Shown here one piece after another: positions 37,961 to 51,075 of a stretch of 64,000 nucleotides of DNA (its first letter is position 1; the number at the start of each line of letters is the position of its first letter). Made by a program: the position numbers and the translations under genes. The notes below the pieces were generated by a model. It did not search any database, was not told the origin of the DNA, and saw only the letters and a program-made list of their open reading frames with translations. This DNA comes from Octopus sinensis (taxonomy: Eukaryota). The stretch spans positions 16,194,464 to 16,258,463 of the forward strand of contig NC_043011.1 of the NCBI RefSeq assembly GCF_006345805.1, read 5' to 3'.

Positions 37961-39505
37961 CCTTTGCAAAGCTTCTAACGCTGGAGATGTGCTACGGCCA
38001 GCTGATCACTACCAGTGAACTAAGTTAACACCCCTTATTTTTCGAGCACCTTCAGGAGTATTCGATCGGTTCCAAGCAGTGCTGTTTTCTGCAAGTGCTC
38101 CACGCCTATTATAACCTCTAGTTGTTCCATGTACTTCTCAAGACTTTTACTCACTGTTCGCAGGGTTCCTACAATTATTGTTACTACTACCACCTTTTTC
38201 ATTGACCACGACTGCTTAACCTCCTAACATAACCTGTCATATCTATCGATTTTCTTTCTTCCTTATCGAATAACTTGTCAGCTGGGCATGTTGTATCTTT
38301 GATCCAACATCTTTATTTCTCAGTTAAACTATGTCTCGCTTCCTATTCTCTGTCTCATGGTCACACTAAATCATAAAATCCCACAGGATATTTGCATTAT
38401 CATTTCCGATGACGAATTGCGGGTTTGTGGTCATACCAATATTTTGCTATGTCAAGTCGATACTTGTTGAAAAGTGTCCATATTGTCGTGGCGTCTCTTA
38501 TATTCCTTTGGGCTAAGGGCGTACATTGGCTGTTAATATGCCACATGGTTTCACAATTTTGTCCACAACTTCTGCATTTATCACTTTCTGGTGTGTCAAC
38601 TCTGTATTTTATGTAGTTTGTTCTTAATGCTTGCTCTTGGCCAGCACATGTTAGAGCCTCCGTGTCCGGTTTTAAATCACTTTTAGTCATCCACAGCCAT
38701 CTTTTTTCTGTGTCTGATATGTCCATCCCTATGAAATTGTCCGTACATTCTTTTCTTTACCAAACTATTTTCAAATTTATTAATTTCCAATTGCTTATAC
38801 AGTGCTTTATATTTGCAATCATTCATCTTGACCTTCTTATCTCTAATAATACCGGTTCTGTGACATTTTTTTACATACTATGCTATGTCGTTTTCTTCTG
38901 CTCTAATACTATGTTCGCATCCAATAAACCCTCTTCCCCCTATTTTTCTTGGTACATACAGTCTGCTTGTGTCACCTTTTGTGTGGAGTGTCCCATATCC
39001 AGTTAGCAACTTCCTTGTCTTTCTGTCTAAGTTGTTGATCTCGTCTATCATCCATGCGATTACACCTCTTCAAGACTAACACAGCACACTTTCTCAGTCC
39101 CAAATCCATTATGATATCAGCACTGAAAGTATACACCGTATCAACGGGGGAACTGACCTAGGCTTCATCTTTACCATAAAATTTGAAGTCATCCATGAAT
39201 AACTAATAATTGACTTTTTTAATGCACACCCAGCTTTTGCTTTCCTCAGAATCCGTGTTATGTTGGATCATATCGTACGCCTTACGATAGTCGATCCATG
39301 ATATGCCCACGTTACTTTTTTTCCTCTTGCAGTCTCTAAGAACAATGTTGTCTATCAGGAGTTGATCCCTGGTATCTCTGCACTTACGCTTGCAACCCTT
39401 CTGCTCATGTGGAACATTTTTTCCAGATGTTCGTACATGCGACTATTTTCAATCAATAATTTTCACATAAGTGGCAAACGGAATATCGGCCTGTAATTGT
39501 CTACC
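37961..39505 (-). mobile_element. R4/Dong-like non-LTR retrotransposon remnant (RT, CCHC, restriction-like endonuclease), 5'-truncated and internally deleted
   Basis: NYRPI, EQKGC, DQLLID, WIDYRKAYDM, LFMDD, QEQALRTN, CRSC..ETMWHI.SQC, ILWDF motifs; ends at (TAA)n. Confidence 0.85.
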
Positions 39506-40282
39506 GTATTGCTAGTAGTACTAAATAGAATATTTTTCTTAGCTCATTTTATAAGCCAAGGAAAAGCATGTACATGTTAACACCTCCAATCAGTTAAGAT
39601 CAGAAGCCATGGGAGCCACTGCCATTAGAGCAATTGTTATTATTATTTCCATTCAGATTCCATGTACGGAATTTAACAGCAAAATGTTATTCCGAATTTT
39701 CTGTTGTCTCATACTTATCACATATATCATGTCAAGGGTAAATTTGCAAGAAACTATATCCTACATTAAATTAGTTCATCTTTTGACATCAGTGTATAAA
39801 GGAAGAGCACGGACAATTACGTATTCATTGGCATCCACTTCATATGGGATGATTAAGATTTGAATTCGTCTGGTCGTCTGGTTGGTTTCATTATGGTTGT
39901 CATTATTATACTCAACAACAGAAATATCAACAACAGAGGCAATGTAGATAGCAAGTCAAATGGAGCATCATTTTTTATAATTTCGTATAGAATGCTTATT
40001 CCATTGTCAAGCTGGCGCGAAACGCAGTCCCCATGACTATAGTGCAGTTTTAAATTTGAAAGCTGTCTATGTTTAAGATATTCTCAAAATTCCATCTATA
40101 TTGTAGCCTTGAAAGTTTTATGGAATAATTGTCAATAGAAATTCAAAGCAAAGTTTTATGTCAAGCATTCGTTATCATCCATTTTAGCAATGTGATAATG
40201 GAATCTCCCCAAAAATTGTTTGCATTGTTTAAAAGATATATATGATGAAAAACAATCCAACTGGGACTATATAAGTCTTTTC

Positions 40283-40507
40283 GCGAGCTGGCAGAACCGT
40301 TAGCACGCCGGGCGAAATGCGTAGCCGTATTTCGTTTGCCGTTATGTTCTGAGTTCAAATTCCGCCGAGGTCGACTTTGCCTTTCATCCCTTCGGGGTCG
40401 ATAAATTAAGTACCAGTTACGCAGTGGGGTCGATGTAATCGACTTAATTCGTTTGTCTGTCCTTGTTTGTCCCCTCTATGTTTAGCCCCTTTTGGGTAAT
40501 AAAGAAA
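40283..40507 (+). mobile_element. SINE family A
   Basis: Full-length match to 18072-18302. Confidence 0.9.
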
Positions 40508-41240
40508 CATGTATAAGTCATTTCGTTTAAACATATTGTATTCCAAGTTATACGTTATCGAGTGAGACTCCTCCATTATTATGTTATTAAACCTATAGTC
40601 TGGTTTGAGACAAAACTGGCTGCTATATCTAGACTGTCGCGTAACTTGTTGGTGGATACTTTCTCGTCATTCATTTAACAGAAAAGCATATTTTTTTAAA
40701 ATCCTAGTATTCATTCTCATAATCTTCAGTATTGTGGACAGGAATTATAGTGTTGCAAAAAAGATTAAGTTGTTTTACTGCTTCTAATGTACAAATTTAA
40801 TCTTGTTCTTCATAGATGATTTCAATTCTGTTCCTGCTTTCTATTGTTTTTTTTTCTCACTTCATTAAATAAGACTCCGAACATTCCTTAAAAAATGATA
40901 TTATCATGTAGCAAATGAAATGTCTTAGGATTCTATGACAAATTTCATTTGAAAAACTGCATAACAATTGATATGACGCTATTTAATCCTGTAATTTCGT
41001 TTAATATATTCCAGTTTCAGGAATACAATGCGTAGATAACGTAACATCAGCAATTAGGAGTAAACACAGAATTATAGTTTCCAAGCCTTCCTGCCGTGCA
41101 CATCACTTTATAGTCAACCACACACACACAATGATTCACTGTCATATGTGCACATCACTCATATGTATTTACGTATGGATGTCTGTATATATGTATGTAT
41201 GTCATAGTTCGTCCTTCTCATTACATCATTATACTTCATA

Positions 41241-41735
41241 GAGTGGAGGCGCAATGGCCCAGTGGTTAGAGCAGCGGACTCAGGGTCATAGGATCGCGGT
41301 TTCGATTCCCAGGCCGGGCATTGTGAGTGTTTATTGAACGAAAACACCTGAAGTTCCACGAGGCTCCGGCAGGGAGTGGTGGTGAACCCTGCTGTACTCT
41401 TTCACCACAACTTTCTCTAACTCTTTCTTCCTGTTTCTGTTGTACCTGTATTTCAAAGGGCCGGCCTTGTCACACTCTGTGTCACGCTGAATCTCCTCGA
41501 GAATTACGTTAAGGGTACATGTGTCTGTGGAGTCCTCAGCCACTTGCACGTTAATAAATGAGCTGCGACGTCAATGGTGCCAAGCTGTATCGGCCTTTGC
41601 CTTTCCCTTGGATAGCATCGTTGGCGTGAAGAAGGGAGGCTGGTATGTTTGGGCGACTGCTGGTCTTCCATAAACAACCTCGGAGGGTAACGTTCTAGGT
41701 GCAATTCCATGGTCATTCATGACCGAAGAAGGTCA
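41241..41735 (+). mobile_element. tRNA-derived SINE family C
   Basis: A box TGGCCCAGTGG, B box GTTTCGATTCC; head shared with 19277. Confidence 0.85.
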
Positions 41736-42047
41736 CATATTCCATATAACCATTTAAAATTCAGAGATATTTCCACTCTTTATTTTCGTGTAGAATGAAT
41801 TAAATACAATATTAACTGAAGCCAAAAGTTTCACAAAACAACAAATATCAAAAATCTTCAAGCTTCGGAGGATGTCATAGTAACAAGGGATATAAAAGGC
41901 AGAACATGTGTGAGACGAATAACTGCTGAAACGTCGTCAGAAAAGTGTTTAATTAGGTACTGGAATTGCTTGATCCGCTCTAGTTATCATTGGCTTTTTA
42001 GCCGTTCCGTGGGAAATGCAGAGAAAGTTTTTTTTTTTTTAGAAAAG

Positions 42048-42264
42048 TACTCTTTTACTCTTTTACTTGTTTCAGTCATTTGACTGCGGCCTTGCTGTAG
42101 CACCGCCTTTAGTCGAGGAAATTGACCCCCAGGACTTGTTCTTTGTAAGCCTAGTACTTATTCTATCGATCACTTTTGCCGAACCGTTAAGTTACGGGGA
42201 CGTAAACACACCAGCATCTGTAGTCAAGCGATGTTGGGGGAAAAAAACACAGACACACACACAC

Positions 42265-42297
<33 letters not shown>

Positions 42298-42361
42298 CAC
42301 ACATATATATTCCTTTACTCCTATACTTGTTTCAGTCATTTGACTGTGGCCATGCTGGAAC
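42048..42361 (-). mobile_element. SINE family B 3' half plus duplicated tail
   Basis: Matches 59722-59940; second tail start at ~42318. Confidence 0.85.
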
Positions 42362-42370
42362 AAAGTCTTT

Positions 42371-42460
<90 letters not shown>

Positions 42461-42470
42461 TATAGATCCA

Positions 42471-42897
42471 CAAACAGAAGATACCAAAAATACAGAAAAC
42501 ATTGAAAAGAATGGAACATAACCAGACCCCAAACAGGCTTATGATCTGAATGATATGATATATATATGTAAAAAATGTAATATATAAATAAATATCTGTA
42601 AATATGAACCACCGATCTTCTGATTACTTCATTTCTTTTCATATATAATACCTGTACATCATCTCCAAACCTTCCAATGCATATATTTGGATGTACATGA
42701 CATCAGAATGGATGGACAAATATCAGATCGACAAACAGAAGATACCAAAAATACAGAAATCATTGAAAAGAATGGAACAGAACCAGACCCCAAACAGGCT
42801 TATGATCTGAATGATATGATATATATATGTAAAAAATGTAATATATAAATAAATATCTGTAACTATGAACCATCCGATCTTCTGATTACTTCATTTC

Positions 42898-42900
<3 letters not shown>
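42471..42900. repeat. Tandem 261-bp unit, ~1.65 copies, (TA)n-flanked
   Basis: CAAACAGAAG at 42471 and 42732; a related fragment lies reversed at ~47605-47700. Confidence 0.9.
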
Positions 42901-42929
<29 letters not shown>

Positions 42930-43117
42930 CAAAGAAGTAAATATATGGCACAACGAAGTACCGATATTTACTGGAAATAGCGAACGTAATAATACGACGC
43001 TAATGTATAGCTTCACCGCTTATGTACTGGCAAAAATGCGTGAGTGCAACAAACTTGAAAAAAATTGTCTTACCTCCAGGGAGAACATCTGAAAGATGAA
43101 ATACCTAGAAAAGGATA

Positions 43118-43197
43118 ATGTGGGACCGGCGTCGGTTTCAGATTTTTCAAGATATGCCTGCACACATATACTTGATCTATCTTCATCAGCCAAACAT
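43118..43197 (-). ncRNA. Canonical type I hammerhead ribozyme
   Basis: Reverse complement identical to 43604-43683. Confidence 0.88.
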
Positions 43198-43603
43198 ATA
43201 CCACGACAACATTTCAGATGTTTCCACATTAATGCCAATACACTCGACTGAAACGCCGAAACGCTAACAGAACGAGAACGGTGAAGAAGTTTCAATAAAA
43301 TTAGTAATGCAATACGAGAGTATTGCTTTCCAGTAAAGAATAGCCCGTGAGGGAAAAATATACAAAGAAGTAAATATATGGCACAACGAAGTACCGATAT
43401 TTACTGGAAATAGCGAACGTAATAATACAACGCTAATGTATAGCTTCACCGCGTATGTACTAACAAAAATGGAAAGCAATACTCTAGTATTCCATTACTA
43501 ATTTATTGAAACTTCTTCACCGTTCTCGTTCTGTTAGCGTTTCGGCGTTTCAGTCGAGTGTATTGGCATTAATGTGGTGACATCTGAAATGTTGTCGTGG
43601 TAT

Positions 43604-43683
43604 ATGTTTGGCTGATGAAGATAGATCAAGTATATGTGTGCAGGCATATCTTGAAAAATCTGAAACCGACGCCGGTCCCACAT
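43604..43683 (+). ncRNA. Canonical type I hammerhead ribozyme, predicted cleavage after C43677
   Basis: ugg-CUGAUGA-agau..ucaag..auaug/cauau..cuuga..aucu-GAAA-ccg(acgc)cgg-UC|cca. Confidence 0.88.
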
Positions 43684-43977
43684 TATCCTTTTCTAGGTAT
43701 TTCATCTTTCAGATGTTCTCCCTGGAGGTAAGACAATTTTTTTCAAGTTTGTTGCACTCACGCATTTTTGCTAGTACATACGCGGTGAAGCTATACATTA
43801 GCGTCGTATTATTACGTTCGCTATTTCCAGTAAATATCGGTACTTCGTTGTGCCATATATTTACTTCTTTGTATATTTTTCCTCACGGGCTATTCTTTAC
43901 TGGAAAGCAATACTCTAGTATTACATTACTAATTATTTTACATACATATATATATATATATATATTTATATACATAC

Positions 43978-44045
<68 letters not shown>

Positions 44046-44740
44046 ATATATATATATATATATATATGGGATAATTGCTAAGAAGCATTATGAAATATAT
44101 ATAGTATAAAGTATCGTGGGTAAGTATCATATACAACATAGGCCCACTCTCACAATTCAAGGTCATTGATGAATCAAGGAAATGTCTAGATATGTCTACT
44201 CATAACTCGACATGAAAGCGTACGTACGTAGATAGTATGTAACATCAGATAAATTGTATCTATGACCAGTACTGCCGAATTCAAAACATACGAATGAGGT
44301 CTCGCATTCCCCCGTCCACCCACGTGTGTTGTTGAGCAAAATTTCTACAGAAGAAAACTGTGGTTTACTATCGGCAGTACTGACCATGGATACAATTTGT
44401 CTGGTGTTACTGGAATCAGATAGGTATGTTCAGGTTTTTTCAGTGCTACCAAATTTAAAGTATATGGAAATACTGTGCTGACGAGAAAAGTGATCAGAAT
44501 GGAAGTGCGGTTCTTGCATTTTTGATATCTATCCAATTTCGGAACGCGTTCACGCTTAATCTAATGCCAGATGAATTTCTCTATTTTCTTTCTCTATCTA
44601 CGTGATATGTGTCTGAGCATATATTGTCTGGGAGTTGTTTCTTACAGTAGAAGAAATAGCTAGTTTCTTTTGGCTGCTATTTCTAAAATTTGGTGTGTGG
44701 TGAAGCAAATTCTTTTGCCTAACACGTATTATAATATATA

Positions 44741-44793
<53 letters not shown>

Positions 44794-44942
44794 GTTAAAT
44801 TAATAGAGAGAGAACACCCCTGGAAAATACGAAAACTAAAGAAGCAGCACAGTACAGATATGAGTAGCACATGGGAACCTGTATTAAGGAACGATAGGAA
44901 AATATTAGATATATAAGCCTTAAAATTCACCCCCAAATTAGC

Positions 44943-45835
<893 letters not shown>

Positions 45836-45879
45836 AAAAGATGAGGAAAATATCCATCCAATATAAATAATGTACATAA

Positions 45880-46462
45880 TTCCTCATTTCTTAATTATTG
45901 AACTGTGTAGGGTTTTGTCGTGTACACCTTCTTGTAACCCCACAGGTAAAATCTCCCGTCGTGAGATTTGGACTTCTTAGAGTTCTGCACTTCTGGACAT
46001 CTACGGTCACAGTCCTCAGGTTTTATCTCCTCCTCGTAATGGGATTTCCACTCACGAGCATTCGATTATTTATGCATCAACATACTTATTGTATATCTTG
46101 TTATTCCACTTTCAAGAGCTGCTTGATGTGTTGATATTTCCGGGCTGCGATTATGCATTTCCTGCACTGTTGGTGATTGGTATGTGGTTGGATGGTCAAT
46201 TCATGTATCGTTCACAAAACCTGTCGTCATCAGCTTTGCATAACAAATTTTTAATTGTCTCCGGACGTAGTCTTGCATGCTTACCTTCCCATGCATGCCA
46301 AAACGATGGGATTCCACATTTCATGGCGTGCTGCAATCTTCGGCCGCTCCTGAACAGTCAAGTGATCTGTCATTGGGGGAATACGAAATAAAACGTAAGA
46401 CGATTAGAAAATATAAAAACTATGCTTGGTGTCTTTTTAAAAATGTTTTCGCAACCAACCTA
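45880..46462 (-). pseudogene. Tc1/mariner-superfamily transposase fragment with internal deletion
   Basis: AKLMTTGFVND, STHQAALESGI, WKSHY..EIKPEDCDRR, RSPNLTTGDF/YLWG..KVYTTKP. Confidence 0.75.
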
Positions 46463-46545
46463 TATATTTATATGTGTGTGTGTGTGTGTATATGTATGTA
46501 TGTACGTATGTATGTATGTGTATATATATATATATATATGTATAC

Positions 46546-46596
<51 letters not shown>

Positions 46597-46706
46597 AACA
46601 CATATATACATACATATATATATATATTTATATATATATATATGTGTATGTATGTATATATATAAGTATATATACGCAAATATATACATATACATACATC
46701 ATATAT

Positions 46707-47125
46707 AGGCATAGGTGTGGCTGTGTGGTATGTAGCTTTCTTACGAACCACATGGTTCCGGGTTCAGTCCCACTGCATAGCACCTTGGCCAGGTGTCTTC
46801 TACTATATCCTCGGGCTGACCAAAGCCTTCTAAGTGGATTTGGTAGACGGAAATTGAAAGAAGCTTGTCGTATATATGTATATATATATGTGTGTGTATT
46901 CGTGTGTGTGTGTGTGTATATGATTATGTGTCTGTGTTTGTCCCCCTAACATAGTTTTACAACCGATGCTGGTGTATTTACGTCCCCGTAACCTAGCTCT
47001 TCAGAAGAAACAGCGATATAAATAGTACTAGGCTTTAAAAAATAAGTCCTGGGGTTGATTTATTGGACAAAAACACTTAAAAGCGATGCTCCGGCATGGC
47101 CGCAGTTAAATTACTGAAAGCAAAT
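46707..47125 (+). mobile_element. tRNA-derived SINE family B, full length, with internal (TA/TG)n
   Basis: A box TGGCTGTGTGG, B box GGTTCAGTCCC, CORE-like CTTGG(G/C)CA(A/G)GTGTCTT. Confidence 0.9.
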
Positions 47126-47199
47126 AAGACAATACATAAATATTTACATGCATATATATGTGTGCAGGTATATATTGTCCGGCATTCGGCATGAATGAT

Positions 47200-47571
47200 C
47201 TACTTTCTCTCTCTGTTTATTTCTGTGTTCCTTTCTGTTGGAGAGCGTAGGCTCGAAACGTAAAAGACTTTCTTACTTCCCGAGCGTTAAACTAATACAC
47301 TTGTTTGTTGTTTACACACCTGTCTTCGTCCTTTGTTTGTTTGTAAACTCTCACTATATATATGTACGCCATGTTGGATCGTTAGCTCCTACACGCATTT
47401 TTTTCTCTCTCCTTGTTTCTCGCCTTGTTTCTTTTCTGTGTATCTTTCTGTCGAAGAGCGTAGGCTCGAAACGTAAAAGGCTTGTTTTCTTTCTATTCCT
47501 GAGCGCCATACTAATACATTTGTTTGTTTGTACTCCACCTACCTTCGTCTTTTTTTTTTGTAAACCTTCCC

Positions 47572-47580
<9 letters not shown>
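47200..47580 (+). mobile_element. Tandem pair of ~213-bp HHR-bearing units (HHRs at 47231-47266 and 47444-47479)
   Basis: cuuu-CUGU(U/C)G(G/A)-a-gagc(guag)gcuc-GAAA-C-GUA|aaag repeated twice. Confidence 0.7.
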
Positions 47581-47610
<30 letters not shown>

Positions 47611-47699
47611 AGGTTTGCAGATGATGTACAGGTATTATATATTAGAACAAATGAGGTAATCAGAAGATCGGATGGTTTATATTTACAGATATTTATAAT

Positions 47700-47741
<42 letters not shown>

Positions 47742-48877
47742 ATATATATATCTGTGTGTGTGTGTGTGGTGTGTGTGTATGTATGTTTATATTTTATGTA
47801 TGCATTTATATATTTATGCTAGCGAAAGAATGAAAGAAAGAGGTAAAAAATTGGTCGATTCATAAAGTAGAGTTTTCTGTTTACATTCGAAGGAGAGATT
47901 ACATTTTCTCCTGTTGAAACTCATACTTTTTCGTTCCTAACGTTTACCAACGCATCTAATTTTAGCGTACAAATACCCATAATCTATATTTATTAAAACA
48001 AATACTGTTCTATGTTTGGTTACAAAGTAACATAACAGCTACCGCATAATTATTTTAAAAATACATGAGAGATATTTTACACCCGCCTATACGGTTTAAA
48101 TAGAAAAAAAATGGAGAAAGTGTATAGAAATGTTATTTTATTTCTTCTGTTATGAGATCCATTATTGATTTTCTCTCCAATTCGCAGAGATCCTATTATA
48201 TTCTTTTGTGTATTATTTCATCTTTATAATATTCATGAATAAAAACAGCGACTATTTGTCTGTAGGATGAAAAAATGTGTCATCTATAGAGTAATATTAA
48301 ATCTACGTATACATGCAATCGAGCTGCACTCGATTATAAAAGCGCATTGAAATGGAGTATTTTCAAAGGAAAAAGTTAGCATGGTATGTATGTATCAGCG
48401 TTTACTAAGTAGTAAAAGTAGGAAGGAACAACCTAGTTTAAGTGTGACGTTCAATATTGCTAGAGTTTCCCATTCACTGATCGAACAAAAAAAAAAAACA
48501 AAAAAAAACATATACACTGTCAGCCTTGAATATCATATATTATTTAATATCTTAATAATTTATAATTGTGTTGCCTGCTCAGATTCCAACTTCCCTGCGA
48601 GTATTTTCAATAATTCTATATAGATTGCAGATATGGAGAACAAAAGAAATCTACCTCACCCCTTTCTGGGGACGAGTTTGTTTATATAATTTCGTCTTTA
48701 CATGCCATTATGTATAATAATAATTTTTTTATCTACAGGTGCTGCTTTGTTCTGGCTGTTTTGGTAGAGGCTTTGTTTTTTTCCCTAAGCTGTTAATCTC
48801 ATTTCTGCTGTAGTCGATACATTTGTATTTAATTTCTGACGCTTCTGTGGGTGCAGCTTTAGATATTTTTTGTTGAA

Positions 48878-49303
48878 ATGGTGGATCTTTTCGGTTTGAA
48901 CGGCAGTTTTTTCTAGCGGTATCATATGAAATTGTCACCCATAATTATGACCCCATTATCGATCTATTATATTTCAATCTGTTTTAGGTTTAGGGGTGGG
49001 GGAAAGGGTATCTTTTTTTCTTTACAAATGTAAACAGACCCAATCTGTTTCTTAAATGAGGGACATATCCATACGGCACAGAATGTTTTTTTTTACCTCA
49101 ATAGACGTCATTGATTGGTTGAAATTGCAGAAATTGAAGAAAAAACAACAACAAATATCTTACAAACCATAGAATTTTCTCAATAAAGCCAAGTGAAAAA
49201 GATGCTTTATAAACACATTCTACCAGTATACGAAGTTTAAAAGTGTTTAGTTACGTGGAAATTATTTTAAAAGACTGCCGTTCAAACCGTAAAAATCCGC
49301 CAT
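48878..49303. mobile_element. MITE-like element, ~33-bp imperfect TIRs
   Basis: ATGGTGGATCTTTTCGGTTTGAACGGCAGTTTT versus reverse complement ATGGCGGATTTTTACGGTTTGAACGGCAGTCTTTT; no clear TSD. Confidence 0.65.
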
Positions 49304-51022
49304 GGTTGTAGTTGGATGGCTCTTAGTTAATTTTGAAGCTTAGCAAAACACCTTATAATTTTAGACGTCCCTCGGGAATTTTGTCAGATTGCCTCACAAA
49401 TACGTATTAGTATGTAACCGCCTACTCGGCTTCGTCACTTTAAGGGAAGGTGAAGAAAGAAAAATATTCTATACAATTCTTGTGATGCTGCTTGTCTCAA
49501 TGGTGACAATCCTCAATACACTAACAATCTTTTTGATGGCTATAGTGCTAATTTGACTAATTCATTTTGCTGAAGTTGTGAAGTTTATAAAGTCTTTGCA
49601 GCAGCCTTACTTGATATTGACATTGTAGTTATAGCTGATCTTCATGAAGGCTGTAACTGAGATATTAGCAATTAGGTGTTTTATCCACTTCTACTTTCTT
49701 GGAAGAAGTGGGTCATTTGATGATTGGTACTATAACGTGATTAAGAACTATGCTACTGCTTTATATCACAAATTATATTTCCATCTTAGTGTCTAATGAA
49801 CGAACTCGAGTATATTACGAAAGTGTGCGTTGTCAATTATCATCTATATTTCTAACTGAACTTTCAGCTCTTTATCGCTGTTGACTAAACCCGATACAGA
49901 TCTCATGCTTTTTCGACATAATTTATATAGAAAAAAATACCTATATTCTGTGTCAATTTTGTTCAAATCATATATAACTCACCTAGTAAGTAGGTCATTG
50001 CTGAAAGATCCTTGGTCTGATTTTCATTGGTAGACGAAGGCTACGATATTCAATATTTAATCAATTATTCATTTGCCACTTCGCATCATAACGCAGCCTA
50101 TACACACCTTATACGTTCTTTACTTGCACTGCCGCTGAGTTCTGGATTCCTTGAATTATTTTTCTGCTGACTCTTCCTTACTGCCCCTTCCTCTGTCCTT
50201 ATTTTCTACATGTTAAATCAGAAAATGCATGCTTTATATTACAGAATATATGCTACTGTGTTTTCAGCTGAGCTTCACAAGGAAAGTATCGAACTGGACG
50301 AACGATACATCGCAGAACAAATGTCCATACAATATGCGCTTTGCATTTCCTCCCGTGCTGAGTTCTATTTCCAATATTGTCAAGTTTATGTTCATTTTGT
50401 TTCTGCGTTCGACAAAAGATATCACCACTGAAGCAAGTGTAATTCTTAGAATTTTGATAGCGATGAACAAAATGCTTTTCAGCAGTTATTTAACGATATT
50501 TATGTTCTCTGCTCCCTGGCAGGAGTGGAGGTGCCAAATATAACAGGCGAAATTATGCTAAAAAACAGCAAATAAAAGAAACATCGAACGAAGACAATCG
50601 GAAATTTAGTTTGTACTCTTCCGCTGACTAACCCATAAAAAGGTGTTTCTGATACGCTTCTATTAATGGAAACGACGTTCGATAAAGTGTGTGGTTTCAG
50701 AAGGGAATTACTTCGAAGTAGATTAAATGACGAATTGATATGAATTGTAGTTTTCAGCACCAGTTCCGATACTTTTGATCAAACCGCGTTCCTGTTACTT
50801 ACTTGTGGATACAACCGTTACCATTATTTTTTTTCAGTTCTTCGGAAAAATATATTTCGTAATGTTTTGAATTAAGTTTGTCTCACTGAACGAGAAAAAA
50901 AATCCATAACAAACACCACGACAAGAGTTTATACGAAATATATCTAATGTGGTAAATAAGTAACACTACATCGCAAAACTCATTGAACGACGAAAAACAT
51001 GCTAAGGAGAGTAATTGTAAAA

Positions 51023-51075
<53 letters not shown>

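Larger units (their letters stand above)
42925..43934. mobile_element. Retrozyme-like element: ~432-nt monomer, 1.25 units on minus plus 1.08 units on plus, head-to-head
   Basis: Direct-repeat offsets of 433 (42928/43361) and 431 (43471/43902); one canonical HHR per unit; (TA)n flanks. Confidence 0.75.

Noticed and set aside
41241-41320. tRNA genes at SINE heads (also 19277, 44943, 46707)
   Set aside because: A and B boxes are present, but no complete cloverleaf, and each continues into a SINE body.
42471-42900. Hammerhead in the 261-bp unit (CTGAATGA, CTGATGT)
   Set aside because: Core spacing or identity is wrong and there is no compatible GAAA..UH with stems.
50229-50543. Exon after TGTGTTTTCAG at ~50263
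   Set aside because: Three overlapping short ORFs, none recognisable, and no clear donor.
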